Assembly (NCBI RefSeq): GCF_004010195.1
Contig: NC_057750.1
Location: 15,750,545 to 15,814,544, forward strand
Length of the DNA stretch: 64,000 nucleotides
Origin: Chiloscyllium plagiosum
Taxonomy: Eukaryota
Direction: 5' to 3'
Shown piece after piece: positions 25,401 to 37,823 of the stretch. The translations under genes were made by a program, and so were the position numbers. The notes beneath the pieces were generated by a model that worked only from the letters and a program-made list of their open reading frames with translations, was not told the DNA's origin and made no database searches. Every line of letters starts with the position of its first letter. Positions within the stretch are counted from its first letter, which is position 1.

Positions 25401-25859
25401 TAAGAGATAATCTCATTGAAACATATAGGATTCATAAGGGTCTTGACAGGGAAATGCTATGATGATGTTTCCCGTCATGGGAGCGTCTTAGACCAGAGGG
25501 CATAGCTAAAGGTGTGTCAATTTAACATTTAGATGTGGAAGAATTTCTTCTCTCAGAAGGTTGAGTGTCTGTGGAACTCCTTGCCACAGAGCTGTAAGGG
25601 CTGCATATTTAAAGGCTGAGATTCTTGATCAGTAGGAAAATCAAGGGTTACAGGGAAAGGGCAAGAAAACAGATGTGAGGAACATCGGATCATTCATTAT
25701 CCTACTGAATTGAGGAGCAGACTCAAGAGGCCAAATGGCCTACACCTATTCCTATTCCATGTGGTCTTATGAACAGATTTCCTTCCTTAAATGGTACCAG
25801 TGAAGCGGTTTCATGGTTGATTGGGTTTTTTAATTTTCTGTACAGTTATTTTGTCAAAT

Positions 25860-28080
25860 GTGAGCATTGCTGGCAGGGCTGCATTTATTGCCCGTCCCTA
25901 TTTGTCCTTGAGAAGGTGCTGGTGAGTTGCCTTTTTGATCCATTGCAGTCCAGCAGCTGTGAGTTGACCCTCAATGCCTTTAGGGAGGGAATTCCAGGTT
26001 TTTGACCCAGCAAAGGAACACTGATGTAACTCCAAGTCAGGATGGTGAGTGGCTTGGAGGGAAACTTGAAGGTGATAGTGCTCCCATACATTGTTGCCTT
26101 TGTCCTTCTAGATGGAAATAGTCATGGGTTGGAAGATGCTGTCTGAGGATCTTTGGTGAATTTCTGCAGTGCATCTTGTAGATAGTACACACTATAGTTA
26201 CTACTGAGTGTCACAGTGGTGGAGGGAGTGGATACAGTACCAATCAAGTGGGCTGCTTTGTCCTTGATGGTGTCAAGCTTCTTGAATGTTGTTGGAGCCG
26301 CACTCATCCAGGCAAGTGGGGAGCATTCCATCACAGTCCTGTGCCTTGTAGATGATGGACAGACTTTCGGGAGTCAGGTGGTGAGTTACTCGCTGCAGTA
26401 TTCCTAGCCGCTGACCTGCTTTCATCTGCAGATGCATTTATCTGAGAGTCCGGCTGAGGTTCTGATCAATGATAACTCTAAGGATCTTTGAATGTCAAAG
26501 GGCAATGGTTAGTTTGTTTCTTGTTGGTGATGTTCATAGCCTGGCATTTGCATAGCATGAATATTACTTGCCACTTGTCACCCCAAGCCTGGATGTTTCC
26601 AAATTCTATTGCATTTGGACACGGATGGCTTCAGCGTCTGAGTCATCATGAATGATGCTGAACATCCCTACTTCTGACCTTATAATGGAGGGAAGGTCAT
26701 AGATGAAGCAGTTGAAGATAATTGGGCCGAGGACACTACCCTGACGAACTACAGAGATGTCCAGGAGCCAAGATGACTGATCTCCAAACATGACCACCTT
26801 CCTATGTGTCAGGTAAGATTCCAACTACCTGAGAGTTTGCCCCTCACACCTATTGATTCCAGTTTTGCTAGGGCTCCTTGATGTCTCACACGGTCAAAAT
26901 GCAGCCATGAAGTCAACGGCTGTCACTCTCACCTCACCTCTGGAATTCAGCTCTTTTGTTTATGTTTGAACCAAGGCTGTAATGAGATCAGATGGTGAAA
27001 AGCCCTGGCAGAACCCAAACTGGGCATCACTGAACAGGTGCTGCTAGATGGCACAGTTGATGACACCTTCCATCAGTTTACTGATAATTGACAGTGGACT
27101 GATTGGGTGGTAACTGGCCAGGTTAGATTTGTTCTGCTTTTTATGTGCAGGTATTTCTGACATAATGAAAGTTTTGTTAAAACGCTATTTGGATAGCGCG
27201 AACTTTCTACTGCACGGGTATAGCTATTTTCTACAGTGTGAGGTTGCACAGGAACGCAACGATCACGTTGTGCCAGAAATACCTGTATAGGACATATTTG
27301 GGCAATTTTTCACATCAGGTAGATGCCAGTGTTGTAACTGTACTGGAACAACTTGACGAGGGGAGTGGAGCACAAGTCTTCAGGACTATTGCCAGAATGT
27401 TATGGCCTGTAGCCTTTGCAGGTTCCATTGCCTGCAACCATTTATTGATATCATATGGACCGAATCGTACTGGCTGAAGATTACTGCAAGAGCTTCAGCC
27501 TTATCTTTTGAACTAATGTCCTGACCTCTTCCATCATTCAGAATGGAGATATCTGCGGAGCCTTCTCTTCCAGTGAGTTGTTTAATTATCCGCCACTATT
27601 CATGACTGGATGCAGGGCTTAGATCTGTTCAATTGGTTGAGAGATTGCTTTGCTGTCTCTCACTTGCTGTGTATGCTGTTTGGCGTCCAAGTAGTCCTGT
27701 TTGGTGGCTTCACCAGATTGATATTACTTCATCAGGTATGCCAGGTGCTGCTCTGGACATGCCCTCTTGCACTCTCCATTGAACCCAGATTGATTCCCCT
27801 GGTTTGATGGTAATGATTGAATGGGGAAGATGTCAGGCCATGAGGCTACAGACTGTGGAGTACAATTCTGCTGCTGTTGACAGCCCACAGCAAGTCATAA
27901 ACGGCCAGTCTTGAGTTGCTGTATCTGTTCAAAGTCTGTCCCATTTAGCACAGTGATTGTGCCACACAACACGACGGAGGTTATTCTCAATTGAATGTGG
28001 GACTTTGTCTCCACAAGGACTGTGTGGTGGTCACTTATCAATACTGTCATGGACAGATGCATCTGCAGCTGGCAGTGAGA
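25860..28080 (-). mobile_element. Old CR1-group LINE of a second lineage (RT plus 3' end); related pieces at 10860-11310 (-), 22760-23420 (+), 24880-25260 (-), 47200-47570 (+)
   Basis: ORF remnants RQGSVLGPIIFNCFIYDLPSIIRSEVGMF and MECSPLAWMSAAPTTFKKLDTIKDKAAHLIG. Confidence 0.8.
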
Positions 28081-29264
28081 TCAAGTACATTTTTCACTGT
28101 TTTTGGTTCCCCCACAGCAGTAGATCAGATATCTGGTTCACTAGGTCAGTGACATTCCCACTATGCCACCATTTCTCCTATCCGCTGTGGAGCTGGCCAA
28201 GAAGGATAACCAATTGAAAAATTGTGTTGCCAGACAGAGCCCACAGGTCGGTCAGTGAAAGGGGAATGGAACTTGGTGGGAGCTCGAGGATGGGCACCAG
28301 TGTCTTGGATGAAAGACAGAAGGCCAGCCAGGAGAGCATCAGAGTAGTCAAAGTCTGGAAGTTAATGAAAGGCTGCTCAAAATCCAATACTAGATAAGCA
28401 GAAATTTACTCCAATTAAAGATAGGGAATACATGATCCCCATTTGATACTCTAATCCTGTTTGGTCTACTAATTGTGCCTGTAAAGCCTGGTAGGATGGT
28501 TTTGTTATGTTCGTGGCACTACATAATTGCAGGTTATTGTCATTTTTGTTGAATCCACAGGCTTACCCATCATGGAACCTCAACTGTCACGTATGGCTTT
28601 ACTGTTCACATGACCTGGCTTCTCATTGTACAAAAACTGACGGTTTTAACTCTGCTGACCTAATGCTGGCTCTTTGAGAGCTATGACTAATTAGTCCTGC
28701 TCACTGCCTGTCACCACATTTTTTTCTACAACCACATAGAATTATTTTATTTTCTAAGCATTTATCCAATTTCCTTTTAAACCCAGAACTGGGGGTCACA
28801 GTTTAAAAATAATCAGTCGCCCATTTTAAAGATCGCCGATCCTTTCGAAAAGCTTCTCAAAAGGAAGAAGCAGTTTTTGAATATTTTAAAGCTGGACGTA
28901 GATAGATTCCGAATAAGAAAGGAGGTGACAGGTTAGGAAGGAATGTGGAGTAATTAGATCAGCTCGGATCGAATTAAATAATACAGCTAGCTTTAGGGAC
29001 CGAGTGACATACTCCCACTTCGGACGTCCACACGAAAATTACTTGTAAATTTGCCATCACCTCCCCTTCAAGCAGCGCACTCCAGGCCACAATAATTTAC
29101 GAATAAGCAGAAGCCCAGAATAACCGGTCAGTCAGGGTGGATATGGGGACTAACACGAACTGGGAGAGGCCAACAATCCCGGGAATTAACAGAATCCTTG
29201 GAAACGGCTTCTGTAAAAAAACAAAAACCCGGACCCAGAGACACTGAGTAAACAAAGCCCTTAC

Positions 29265-29320
29265 CTCAGCGATGTTGGCGGTCAAGCTGACAGCGTTGCT
29301 GTGAACAGTACACTCTCTAC
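29265..29320 (-). other. PLD3: Putative non-coding 5' UTR exon of PLD3 (5' boundary uncertain)
   Basis: Strong donor GAG|gtaagg at 29265 inside the only clearly CpG-rich non-repeat stretch; polypyrimidine tract plus cag at 29321 could be an acceptor; same strand as the coding exons. Confidence 0.55.
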
Positions 29321-29339
29321 CTGACAGACACACACAATT

Positions 29340-29500
29340 GGGGGGGTGGGGGGGAGGGGAGAGAGAGAGGTCGGACGGACGCCCCGCCTCGCGCAACTCC
29401 GTGAGCTCACGCGACTCGCTCTCAGGCGCACGAGCAAGCAGCTGCCAACGGACGACACTTACTGACGTCGAGGCTGCCGCACCCAGAACCATCTCTGAAT
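29340..29500 (-). promoter_or_regulatory. Putative CpG-island promoter of PLD3
   Basis: Dense CpGs against a CpG-depleted background; GC box gccccgcctc (29381-29390), palindrome cgtgagctcacg (29400-29411), CRE-like tgacgtcg (29463-29470). Confidence 0.55.
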
Positions 29501-29783
29501 TTCCCGCTGCTAACTCACATAGCCCGCACATCCCAGGACATAATGGGTATTTTCCCATGGCTAACCCACCCAGCCTGCATAGCCCAGGACACTTTTGGTA
29601 ATTTCCCACTCCCTCATCTCACCATCCCAAATTTTCACCCCTTATCTCCTCATCCCCTACTCTTCCCCTCCTCGCCCTCTCATCTGCCCAAAGCTCACCC
29701 TACTCCATTCTCACCCCCTCACCTGCCCAACCACCACCCTACAACTTTCTTATCCTCTCATCTGCCCATCCCCAACTTTCACC

Positions 29784-30390
29784 NNNNNNNNNNNNNNNNN
29801 NNNNNNNNNNNNNNNNNNNNNNNNNNNNNNNNNNNNNNNNNNNNNNNNNNNNNNNNNNNNNNNNNNNNNNNNNNNNNNNNNNNNNNNNNNNNNNNNNNNN
29901 NNNNNNNNNNNNNNNNNNNNNNNNNNNNNNNNNNNNNNNNNNNNNNNNNNNNNNNNNNNNNNNNNNNNNNNNNNNNNNNNNNNNNNNNNNNNNNNNNNNN
30001 NNNNNNNNNNNNNNNNNNNNNNNNNNNNNNNNNNNNNNNNNNNNNNNNNNNNNNNNNNNNNNNNNNNNNNNNNNNNNNNNNNNNNNNNNNNNNNNNNNNN
30101 NNNNNNNNNNNNNNNNNNNNNNNNNNNNNNNNNNNNNNNNNNNNNNNNNNNNNNNNNNNNNNNNNNNNNNNNNNNNNNNNNNNNNNNNNNNNNNNNNNNN
30201 NNNNNNNNNNNNNNNNNNNNNNNNNNNNNNNNNNNNNNNNNNNNNNNNNNNNNNNNNNNNNNNNNNNNNNNNNNNNNNNNNNNNNNNNNNNNNNNNNNNN
30301 NNNNNNNNNNNNNNNNNNNNNNNNNNNNNNNNNNNNNNNNNNNNNNNNNNNNNNNNNNNNNNNNNNNNNNNNNNNNNNNNNNNNNNNNNN
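29784..30390. other. Assembly gap (607 N) flanked by C-rich low-complexity sequence
   Basis: Run of N; pyrimidine-rich degenerate repeats on both sides. Confidence 1.
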
Positions 30391-30439
30391 CATTCTCACC
30401 TATCCTGCCCATCACCCTACCTCATAAGCCATTCTACCA

Positions 30440-31775
30440 CCTCCTCACCCCCTCATTTGCTCCTTTGAACATTTTGACACCAAGGACAGTTACGTTAGAA
30501 TCCTACTCATTGACTACAGTTCAACACTATTATCCCCTCACTGATTACTAAACATAGTGATCTCTGACTAAGCCCCACTCTCTGCAACTGGATCCCCAGT
30601 TTCCTGACCCACAGGCCACAGTTTCCTGACCCACAGTGAAGATTGGGGACAATATTTCATCCTCATTAACACTCAACACTGGAGCCCCCTAGGAGTGCAT
30701 ACTCAGCCCCCTACTGTACATGCTGTATACTCATGAGTGTGTCATCAAATATCAGACTAATGCCATTTACAAGTTTGCTGATGACACCAGCATAGTCGGT
30801 CAAATCTCAGATGGTGACGAAACAGACTACAGACATGAGGTGGAAGACCTGGAAAAATGGTGCACTCAAGGCAACCTAGCTCTCAATGTTGGCAAAGCCA
30901 AGGAACTCATTATTGACTTTCAGTGGGATGTTACTCATGCCCCCCTACATGTTAACAGCACAGAGGTGGAATGAGTGGAGAGTGTCAAGCTCCTGGGAGT
31001 GGTCATCAACAAACTTTCTTGGACTCTTCATGTGGATACACTGGTTACAAAGGCCCAACACATCTCTTCTTCCTCAGGGAGCTGAGAAAACTTGGTGTGA
31101 TGGCGAATATCCTTGCCAACTTTTACAGGTGTGCCATTAGATTAGATTAGATTAGATTACCTACAGTGTGGAAACAGGCCCTTCGTCCCAACAAGTCCAC
31201 ACCGACCCGCCGAAGCGCAACCCACCCATACCCCTACACTTACCCCTTCACCTAACACTACGGGCAATTTAGCATGGCCAATTCACCTGACCTGCACATC
31301 TTTGGACTGGAGAGCATTCTATCTGGATGTATCTCTACCTGGTATGGCAGCTGTACCATTCAAGATCGGAGGTGGTTACAGAGAGTGGTGAACTCGGCCC
31401 GGGCAATCACAAAGCCCAACCTTCCATCTATAAAATCCAGCTACCAGGCCCGCTGTCAAGGAAAGGTCACCAGCATTCTCAAAGATCCATCCCACTCTGG
31501 CGATGCTTTTCTAGAACCTCTACCATCAGAAAGAAGGTACAGAAGCCAGAACACACACGCCAGCCGGTTTTGAAACAGTTTCTACCCTACTGTTAGAATA
31601 CTGAATGGACTGACAAACCCTTGGCATTCGCCTGTACCTGTGTTTTTTGTTTTTGCCGCTGTTTTTCTATCATTTACTTATCTATGCTATTTAACTATGT
31701 GATCTGCCTATATTGATCGCAAGACAAAGCTTTTCACTATGCCTTGGTACACGTGACAATAAATTCAATTCAATT
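30440..31775 (+). mobile_element. Rex1/Babar-type LINE 3' part, with nested young HE1 SINE (31136-31308, minus)
   Basis: YKFADDT RT motif, NLALNVGKAKELIIDF, ESILSGCISTWYG; 3' end acgtgacaataaa followed by (ttcaa)n. Confidence 0.85.
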
Positions 31776-32989
31776 TCCTTACTCTAGCCATTCTTTGCCC
31801 TTTCATCTGTCCATTCCCCACTCTACCCTTCCTTGCCCCCTCATCTGTTCATCCCCCATTCTACCTTACTCATTTACTGTCAGCTGTGACTGTGATATCT
31901 TGGATAAATTCACTTCCACCAATCCTTCTTGTTATTATTAGTCTCAGCTACTGAAATCATATAGGGAAAGATGTCCATGGGATGTCTCGGGTAGAAGAAG
32001 AGTCAAATTTGATGAGTGGTAAATATGTTTAATAAATATTTCTTAATAACTAGCACTTTTGATCCAAGGTGCATGATTATTTAATGCAAAGGCTCAGCAG
32101 AAGAGTAAGCTCATTACTATTTTAGCTATGTGCTGTTAACATTAAGAAGAAGACTGAGATATCCCTTGATCCACGCTGCTTGAACTTGCCTCAACCTGGG
32201 AAGGTTTTGGCCTGTTGTAGTTAGTCGCTTGTTGGTGACGTCTCTATTCTTTCCGAAAGTGTTTTTGATTCAAAGGGCTCCTTAGTGGGGTTAATCACTC
32301 TGGAAGAATAGGGGGCCAAGGTTTCCGTTTTCTCGCATTAACAGTACCAATGGTGAAAAACCATATTGGAATTGCGTGGAGTAGAATTCAATAGAACTGA
32401 AAAAATCCTGTGTTCTTTCTTAAGAGGCTTTTGACTAATTGGACTCCACATTCAGCTTCACATTAGTCTGAGGTTATCTTGGTGAATGAATGACATGTTG
32501 GAACGCTGAAGAGGTCACAAAGTCCTTAAACATGGTTCATTATCAGATATAATATTTCAGGCAATTATTCCATGTAGGACTTTGACGACTGCATCCAGGG
32601 TCCAGTGTGTTGTTTTTTACTTCAGCGTATCAAGAGACATAGTTAACCACCATCAGGAAATAGTGGAGCCAAACACAAACAGGTCAGCCCCTACACATTC
32701 GATAGTCTGGTTAGAAAGGTAATTGGAATCAATGGTTCTCTTCTTTCATGTCTGACAATTGCTTTTGAGATCCTCAAGCTGTTTAGTGATTCTGATCACC
32801 GCACTCAATCTCAATCTCTTACTCTACATTTGGTGATGCCTAAGTGCCCTTCATAAATAGTACCTTGTTAAGGATACTAGTTTATGGTGAAGGACGGATA
32901 ATGAGCCCATTTCCAACGAATCATCAACAACAATGAAACATTCTGTTTGAATTATGTTTTCATTATTAATACACTATTTAGTACACATT

Positions 32990-33635
32990 TCAGGCCATTT
33001 CATCTACTGCATCTGTTGCACCCGGTGGGGTCTCCTCTACATTGTGGAGGCAGGACGCCTTCTTGCAGATTATTTCAGAGAACATCTCTGGGACACTCGC
33101 ACCCACCAACCTCACCGCCCCGTGGCTGAAAACTTCAACTCGCCCTCTCACTCCGTCAAAGACATGCAGGTCCTGAGCCTCCTCCACTGTCACACTGTTT
33201 CCTTTTGTGCGTGTATCCAGAATTAGGGGACACTATTTAAATTAGAGGTCGCTCTTGATTTGGGCCTGGAGGAAGAACACCTCATATTCCTCTTGGGACA
33301 CTGCAATCACACGGGATAAATGTGGATTTCAACAGCTTCCTCATTTCCCCTCCCCCCACATTATCCCAGTCCCAAGCCTCCAACTCGGCACCGCCCTCCG
33401 GACCTGTCCCTCACTCCCTCCTTTGACCTATTGCCTTCTCCTTCACCTTCATCTACCTGTCGCTTTCTCAGCTACCTTCCTCCCAAGGGAGCTACCTTCC
33501 TCCCCTCCCATTTATCTCTCAGCCCCAATCCACAAGCCTCATTCCTGATGAAGGGTTTATGCCTGAAACATCGATTCTCCTACTCCTTGGATGCTGCCTG
33601 ACTTTCTGTGCTTTTCCAGCAACACATTCTCGACC
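32990..33635 (+). mobile_element. Penelope-like element family A, 3' part (GIY-YIG) with hammerhead motif at 33541-33575
   Basis: IYCICCTRWGLLYIVEAGRLLADYFREH..PVAENFNSPSHS; attc-ctgatga-agggtttatgcct-gaaa-catcga. Confidence 0.85.
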
Positions 33636-33899
33636 AACTTTTCAGACCCATCTTCCATACAGTACCAACATGCAACATTTGGGATCTTTTTTGTTCCTCT
33701 TTGATGAGGTTAAGCTTTGATGGGGTTAAACAACATTGCTGTTTCTAGGTGTATCAATTGAGTTCACCAGCAAGTTATTTATCTGCTGATGTCAGCTTAA
33801 TTGAAGAAGTTTTCTGCTGATCCCTGTAAATTTCCTTGCACACTTGCAAATTGTATTTGTGAAGCAATTTTGCAATTGTTTTTTATTTTTCATTTTTCA

Positions 33900-34690
33900 C
33901 AACTTGGAGGTGGTTCAAAGGAGATTTGCTAGATTGATACCTGGAATGGCAGTCAGTCTTATAGGTGGACAGTGTAGACTTATTTAGAATCATAAAATCG
34001 CTACAGTGCAGATAGAGGCCCTTCGGCCCATTGAGTCAACACCGACCCTCCAAAGAACATGCCACCCAAACCAACCACATTTCCATGACTAATCCACCTA
34101 GCCTGCACACTCCTGCATACTAAAGATCAATGTAGCATGGCCAATTCACCCAGCCTGCACATCTTTGGATTATGGGGGGAGCCAGACCACCAGGCGGAAA
34201 CCCACGTAGACACAGGCGAACATAATAACAGTCACCCAAGGCTGGAATCAAACCCGGATCCCTGACGTTGTGGGGCAGCAGAGCCAACCATTGTGCTATG
34301 AAGAGTGAGGGGTGATTTTATTGAAGTGTATAAGATCCTTTACAATCTTGACAAGGTGGAGATAGAAAAGATGTTTCCTTTTGTGCGTGTATCCAGAATT
34401 AGGGGACACTATTTAAATTAGAGGTCGCCCTTGATTTGGGCGAATACTTTTTTCCGTCAGAGGATTGTAAAATTTTGGAGCTCCATGCCTTAGATGGTAG
34501 GCTCGTTGAATACGTTTCAAGTGGAGGAAGATAGATTCTCGTTAAGCAGGGGAATCAAAGGTTATCGTGGGCAGATGGGAATGCAGAATTCAGACCACAA
34601 CAGATCAGCCAAGATCTTATTGAATAGTGGAGGAGCTGAATGGCCTACTACTGTTCCTAATTCGTATATTTGCATGTTTGTCCCTAACAG
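33900..34690 (+). mobile_element. Old CR1 3' fragment with nested HE1 SINE (33985-34296, minus)
   Basis: RVRGDFIEVYKI remnant at about 34300 and CR1 3' UTR. Confidence 0.7.
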
Positions 34691-35059
34691 TGAGATCAGT
34701 AGTTTGTGATTGGTCTGTTTCAGAGCCATGAGATTCAATGTGTCATCTGAAAATCTTTCAGAGGCCCATGGAACCAAGAATGCTTCTCTTTCCATAGCAG
34801 CATATCACATTTCTGTATGAGACAATACTCAGGAAGTGTAATATACAGATTTTCTGTATCTTTACAACTGTTCTTGTAAGAGGACTGCTCCAGTGCCTGT
34901 GGTGCAGGCATTCGTAACAACAATTGTTGGGAATGGTGGAATGTAAAGGGCTAAGACACCTCCTGAAGTCAGGATGTTTTTGATCTCCTGAAAGGCCTCT
35001 TTGATGTGTGTCCCAATAACCTCCTTCACACTTCTTGAGTAAATGCCTCAAAGAATTAT

Positions 35060-35401
35060 TGAATCCCTATAGTGTGGAAGCAGGCCATTCAGCCCATCGA
35101 GTCCTTACTGACCCTCCAAAGAGCATCCCACCCAGACCCACCCCACTACCTTTCCCTGTAACGCTGTATTTTCCATTGCTCATGCACCTAGTCTGCACAT
35201 CCCTGCACACTACGGGCAATTCAGCATGGCCAATCCACCTAAATCCGCATGTTTGGACTGTGGGAGGAAACCCGGAGAAAATCCACGAAGAAATGGGGAG
35301 AACATGCAAACTCGACACAGACAGGCACCTGAGACTGGAATCAAACCTGGAGTCCCTGGTGCTGTGAGGCAACAGTGTAACTGCTGAACCATTGTGCCGC
35401 C
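35060..35401 (-). mobile_element. HE1-type V-SINE
   Basis: 5' end gggcggcacaatggttcagcag, B box, V-domain. Confidence 0.85.
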
Positions 35402-36593
35402 CGAAAGATTCCATGATGGTTGCAAAAGAGGGTAAGAATTTTGCTAACTGATTTGCCACACCCAAAAATCACGTCATGAACTAACTATTGAAACAGGAAA
35501 CTCTTTTATTGCTGCTGTTTTCTGCGAATCTGACTTTATGACATCCTTGTCTAAGATATATCTCAAAAATAAGACAATGTCTTTGGAGAACTGATACTTC
35601 TCACTGAAGGTGAGCCCTGCTGCCTACAGTCATTTTCAGCCTGCACATATTCTGTTTATGAACTTCTGTCATGACTGCCTGGACCAGAATATCATTCCAA
35701 TGACATGTAATGCCATCTAACCATTGTAGAATATTGGACAAAGATCTGAGGAGCTGAGGTGATTCCAAAATACAATCAATTGAAACACTACCTTCCAACT
35801 GGAGTGATGAATGTCTAATGGAACCTGCCATAAGCTACTGTTGGCATCAAGTTCAGTGAATATTGTGCTATTAAATAATTTGGAAATGCTTTCATCCACC
35901 ATAGCCAACTGGTGGATTTGTGCAGCCATTAACTTATTGAATTGTGTAAGATCAACAATATTCTCATCGCACCGTCAGGCTTTGGGGTAGTGACCGTGCC
36001 TGAACAACATTCTATTGGCATTATCACCTGCAAAAAAATACGCATGTTGCTCATCTGAAGTAATAGTTTGTAAATTTTTTCCAATAGTGGTTGAGGAATA
36101 TTCCTAGCTGCGTAGAGTTTAGCATCTCTTATTAATGTGATGATTTTTTTAAAAATGTGTTCGTGCAAAATGGGTGTTGGTGGCCAGGCTACCATTTATT
36201 GCTCATCCCTAATTGCTTGGAGTGCAGTTAAGAGCCAACCACATAGTTGTCGGTCTGGAGTCATGTGTAGGCCAGATCTGTTAAGGACAGCAGATTTCCC
36301 TTCCTAAAAGTTATGAGTGAACCAGATGGGCCTTTACAAAATTCAGTGATGTTTACATAGTCGCCATTAGACTAGTTTTTTTATTCGAGGTTTTTATTGA
36401 AGTCAAATCTGCCATGGTTGGTTTCAAACCTATGTTCTCAGAACAGAGGGCTGTTGCGGCTAAGTTGTTGAATAATTTCAAAATTGAGATAGACAGATTT
36501 TTAATAAGTAGGGAGTCAAGAGTTACGCGGGACAGGCAGGAAAATGGAGTTGTGGATTATCAGATCAACCATGATTTAATTGGTAAAGCAGAC

Positions 36594-37823
36594 ACAATCG
36601 TTTGACTTGATTGAGTTTTTTGAAGAAGTAACAAAGAGGATTGATGAGAGCAGAGCGGTAGATGTGATCTATATGGACTCCAGTAAGGCGTTTGACAAGG
36701 TTCCGCATGGGAGACTGGTGAGCAAGGTTAGATCTCATGGAATAAAGGGAGAACTCGCCATTTGGATACAGAACTGGCTCAAAGGTAGAAGACAGAGGGT
36801 GGTGGTGGAGGCCTGTGACCAGTGGAGTTCCAAAGGATTGGTGCTGGGTCCACTACTTTTCATCATTTATATAAATGATTTGGATGTGAGCATAAGAGGT
36901 ATAGTTAGTAAGTTTGCAGATGACACCAAAGTTGGAGGTGTAGTGGACAGCGAAGATTACCTTAGATTACAACGGGATCTTGATAAGATGGACCAATGGG
37001 CTGAGAAGTGGCAGATGGAATTTAATTTAGATAAATGTGAGGTGCTGCATTTTGGGAAAGCAAATCTTAGCAGGATTTACAGACTTAATGGTAAGGTCCT
37101 AGGGCATATTGCTAAACAAAGAGATCTTGGAGTGCAGGTTCATAGCTCCTTGAAAGTGAAGTTGCAGGTAGATAGGATAGTGAAGAAGGCATTTGGTATG
37201 CTTTCCTTTATTAGTCAAGAGTATTGAGTACAGGAGTTCGGAGGACATGTTGTGGCTGTACAGGACATTGGTTAGGCAACTGTTGGAATATTGTATGCAA
37301 TTCTGGTCTCCTTCCTTTCGGAAAGATGTTGTGAAACTTGAAAGGGTTCAGAAAAGATTTACAAGGATGTTGCCAGGGTTGAAGGATTTGAGTAATAGGG
37401 AGAGGTTGACTAGGCTGGGGCTACTTTCCCTGGAGCGTCAGAGGCTGAGGGGTGACCTTATGGAGGTTTATAAAATCATAAGTGGCATGGATAGCATAAA
37501 TAGTCAAAATCTTTTCTCTGGGGTGGGGGAATCCAGAACTAGAGGGCATAGGTTTAAGGTGAGAGGGGAAAGATATAAAAGAGACCGAAGGGGCGACGTT
37601 TTCACTCAGAGGGTGGTATGTGTATGGAATGGGCTGCCAGAGGAAGTGTTGGAGGCTAGTACAATTGCAACATGTAAAAAGGCATCTGGATGGATATAGG
37701 AATAAGAAGGGTTTGGAGGGATATGGGCAAGTGGGACTAGATTGGGTTGGGATATCTGGTCGGCATGGACGGGTTGGACCGAAGGGTCTGTTTCCGTGCT
37801 GTACATCTCTATGAATCTATGAC
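36594..37823 (+). mobile_element. CR1 LINE (HER1-like), 5'-truncated, relatively young RT with frameshifts
   Basis: DVIYMDSSKAFDKVPH, GLVLGPLLFIIYINDLD, SKFADDTK, RLRGDLMEVYKI; tctatga repeat tail. Confidence 0.95.

Noticed and set aside
12422..30551. Long ORFs containing runs of X
   Set aside because: Artefacts of translating through N gaps
30597..30636. 18-bp direct repeat cagtttcctgacccacag
   Set aside because: Ordinary local slippage duplication within a decayed Rex1 element
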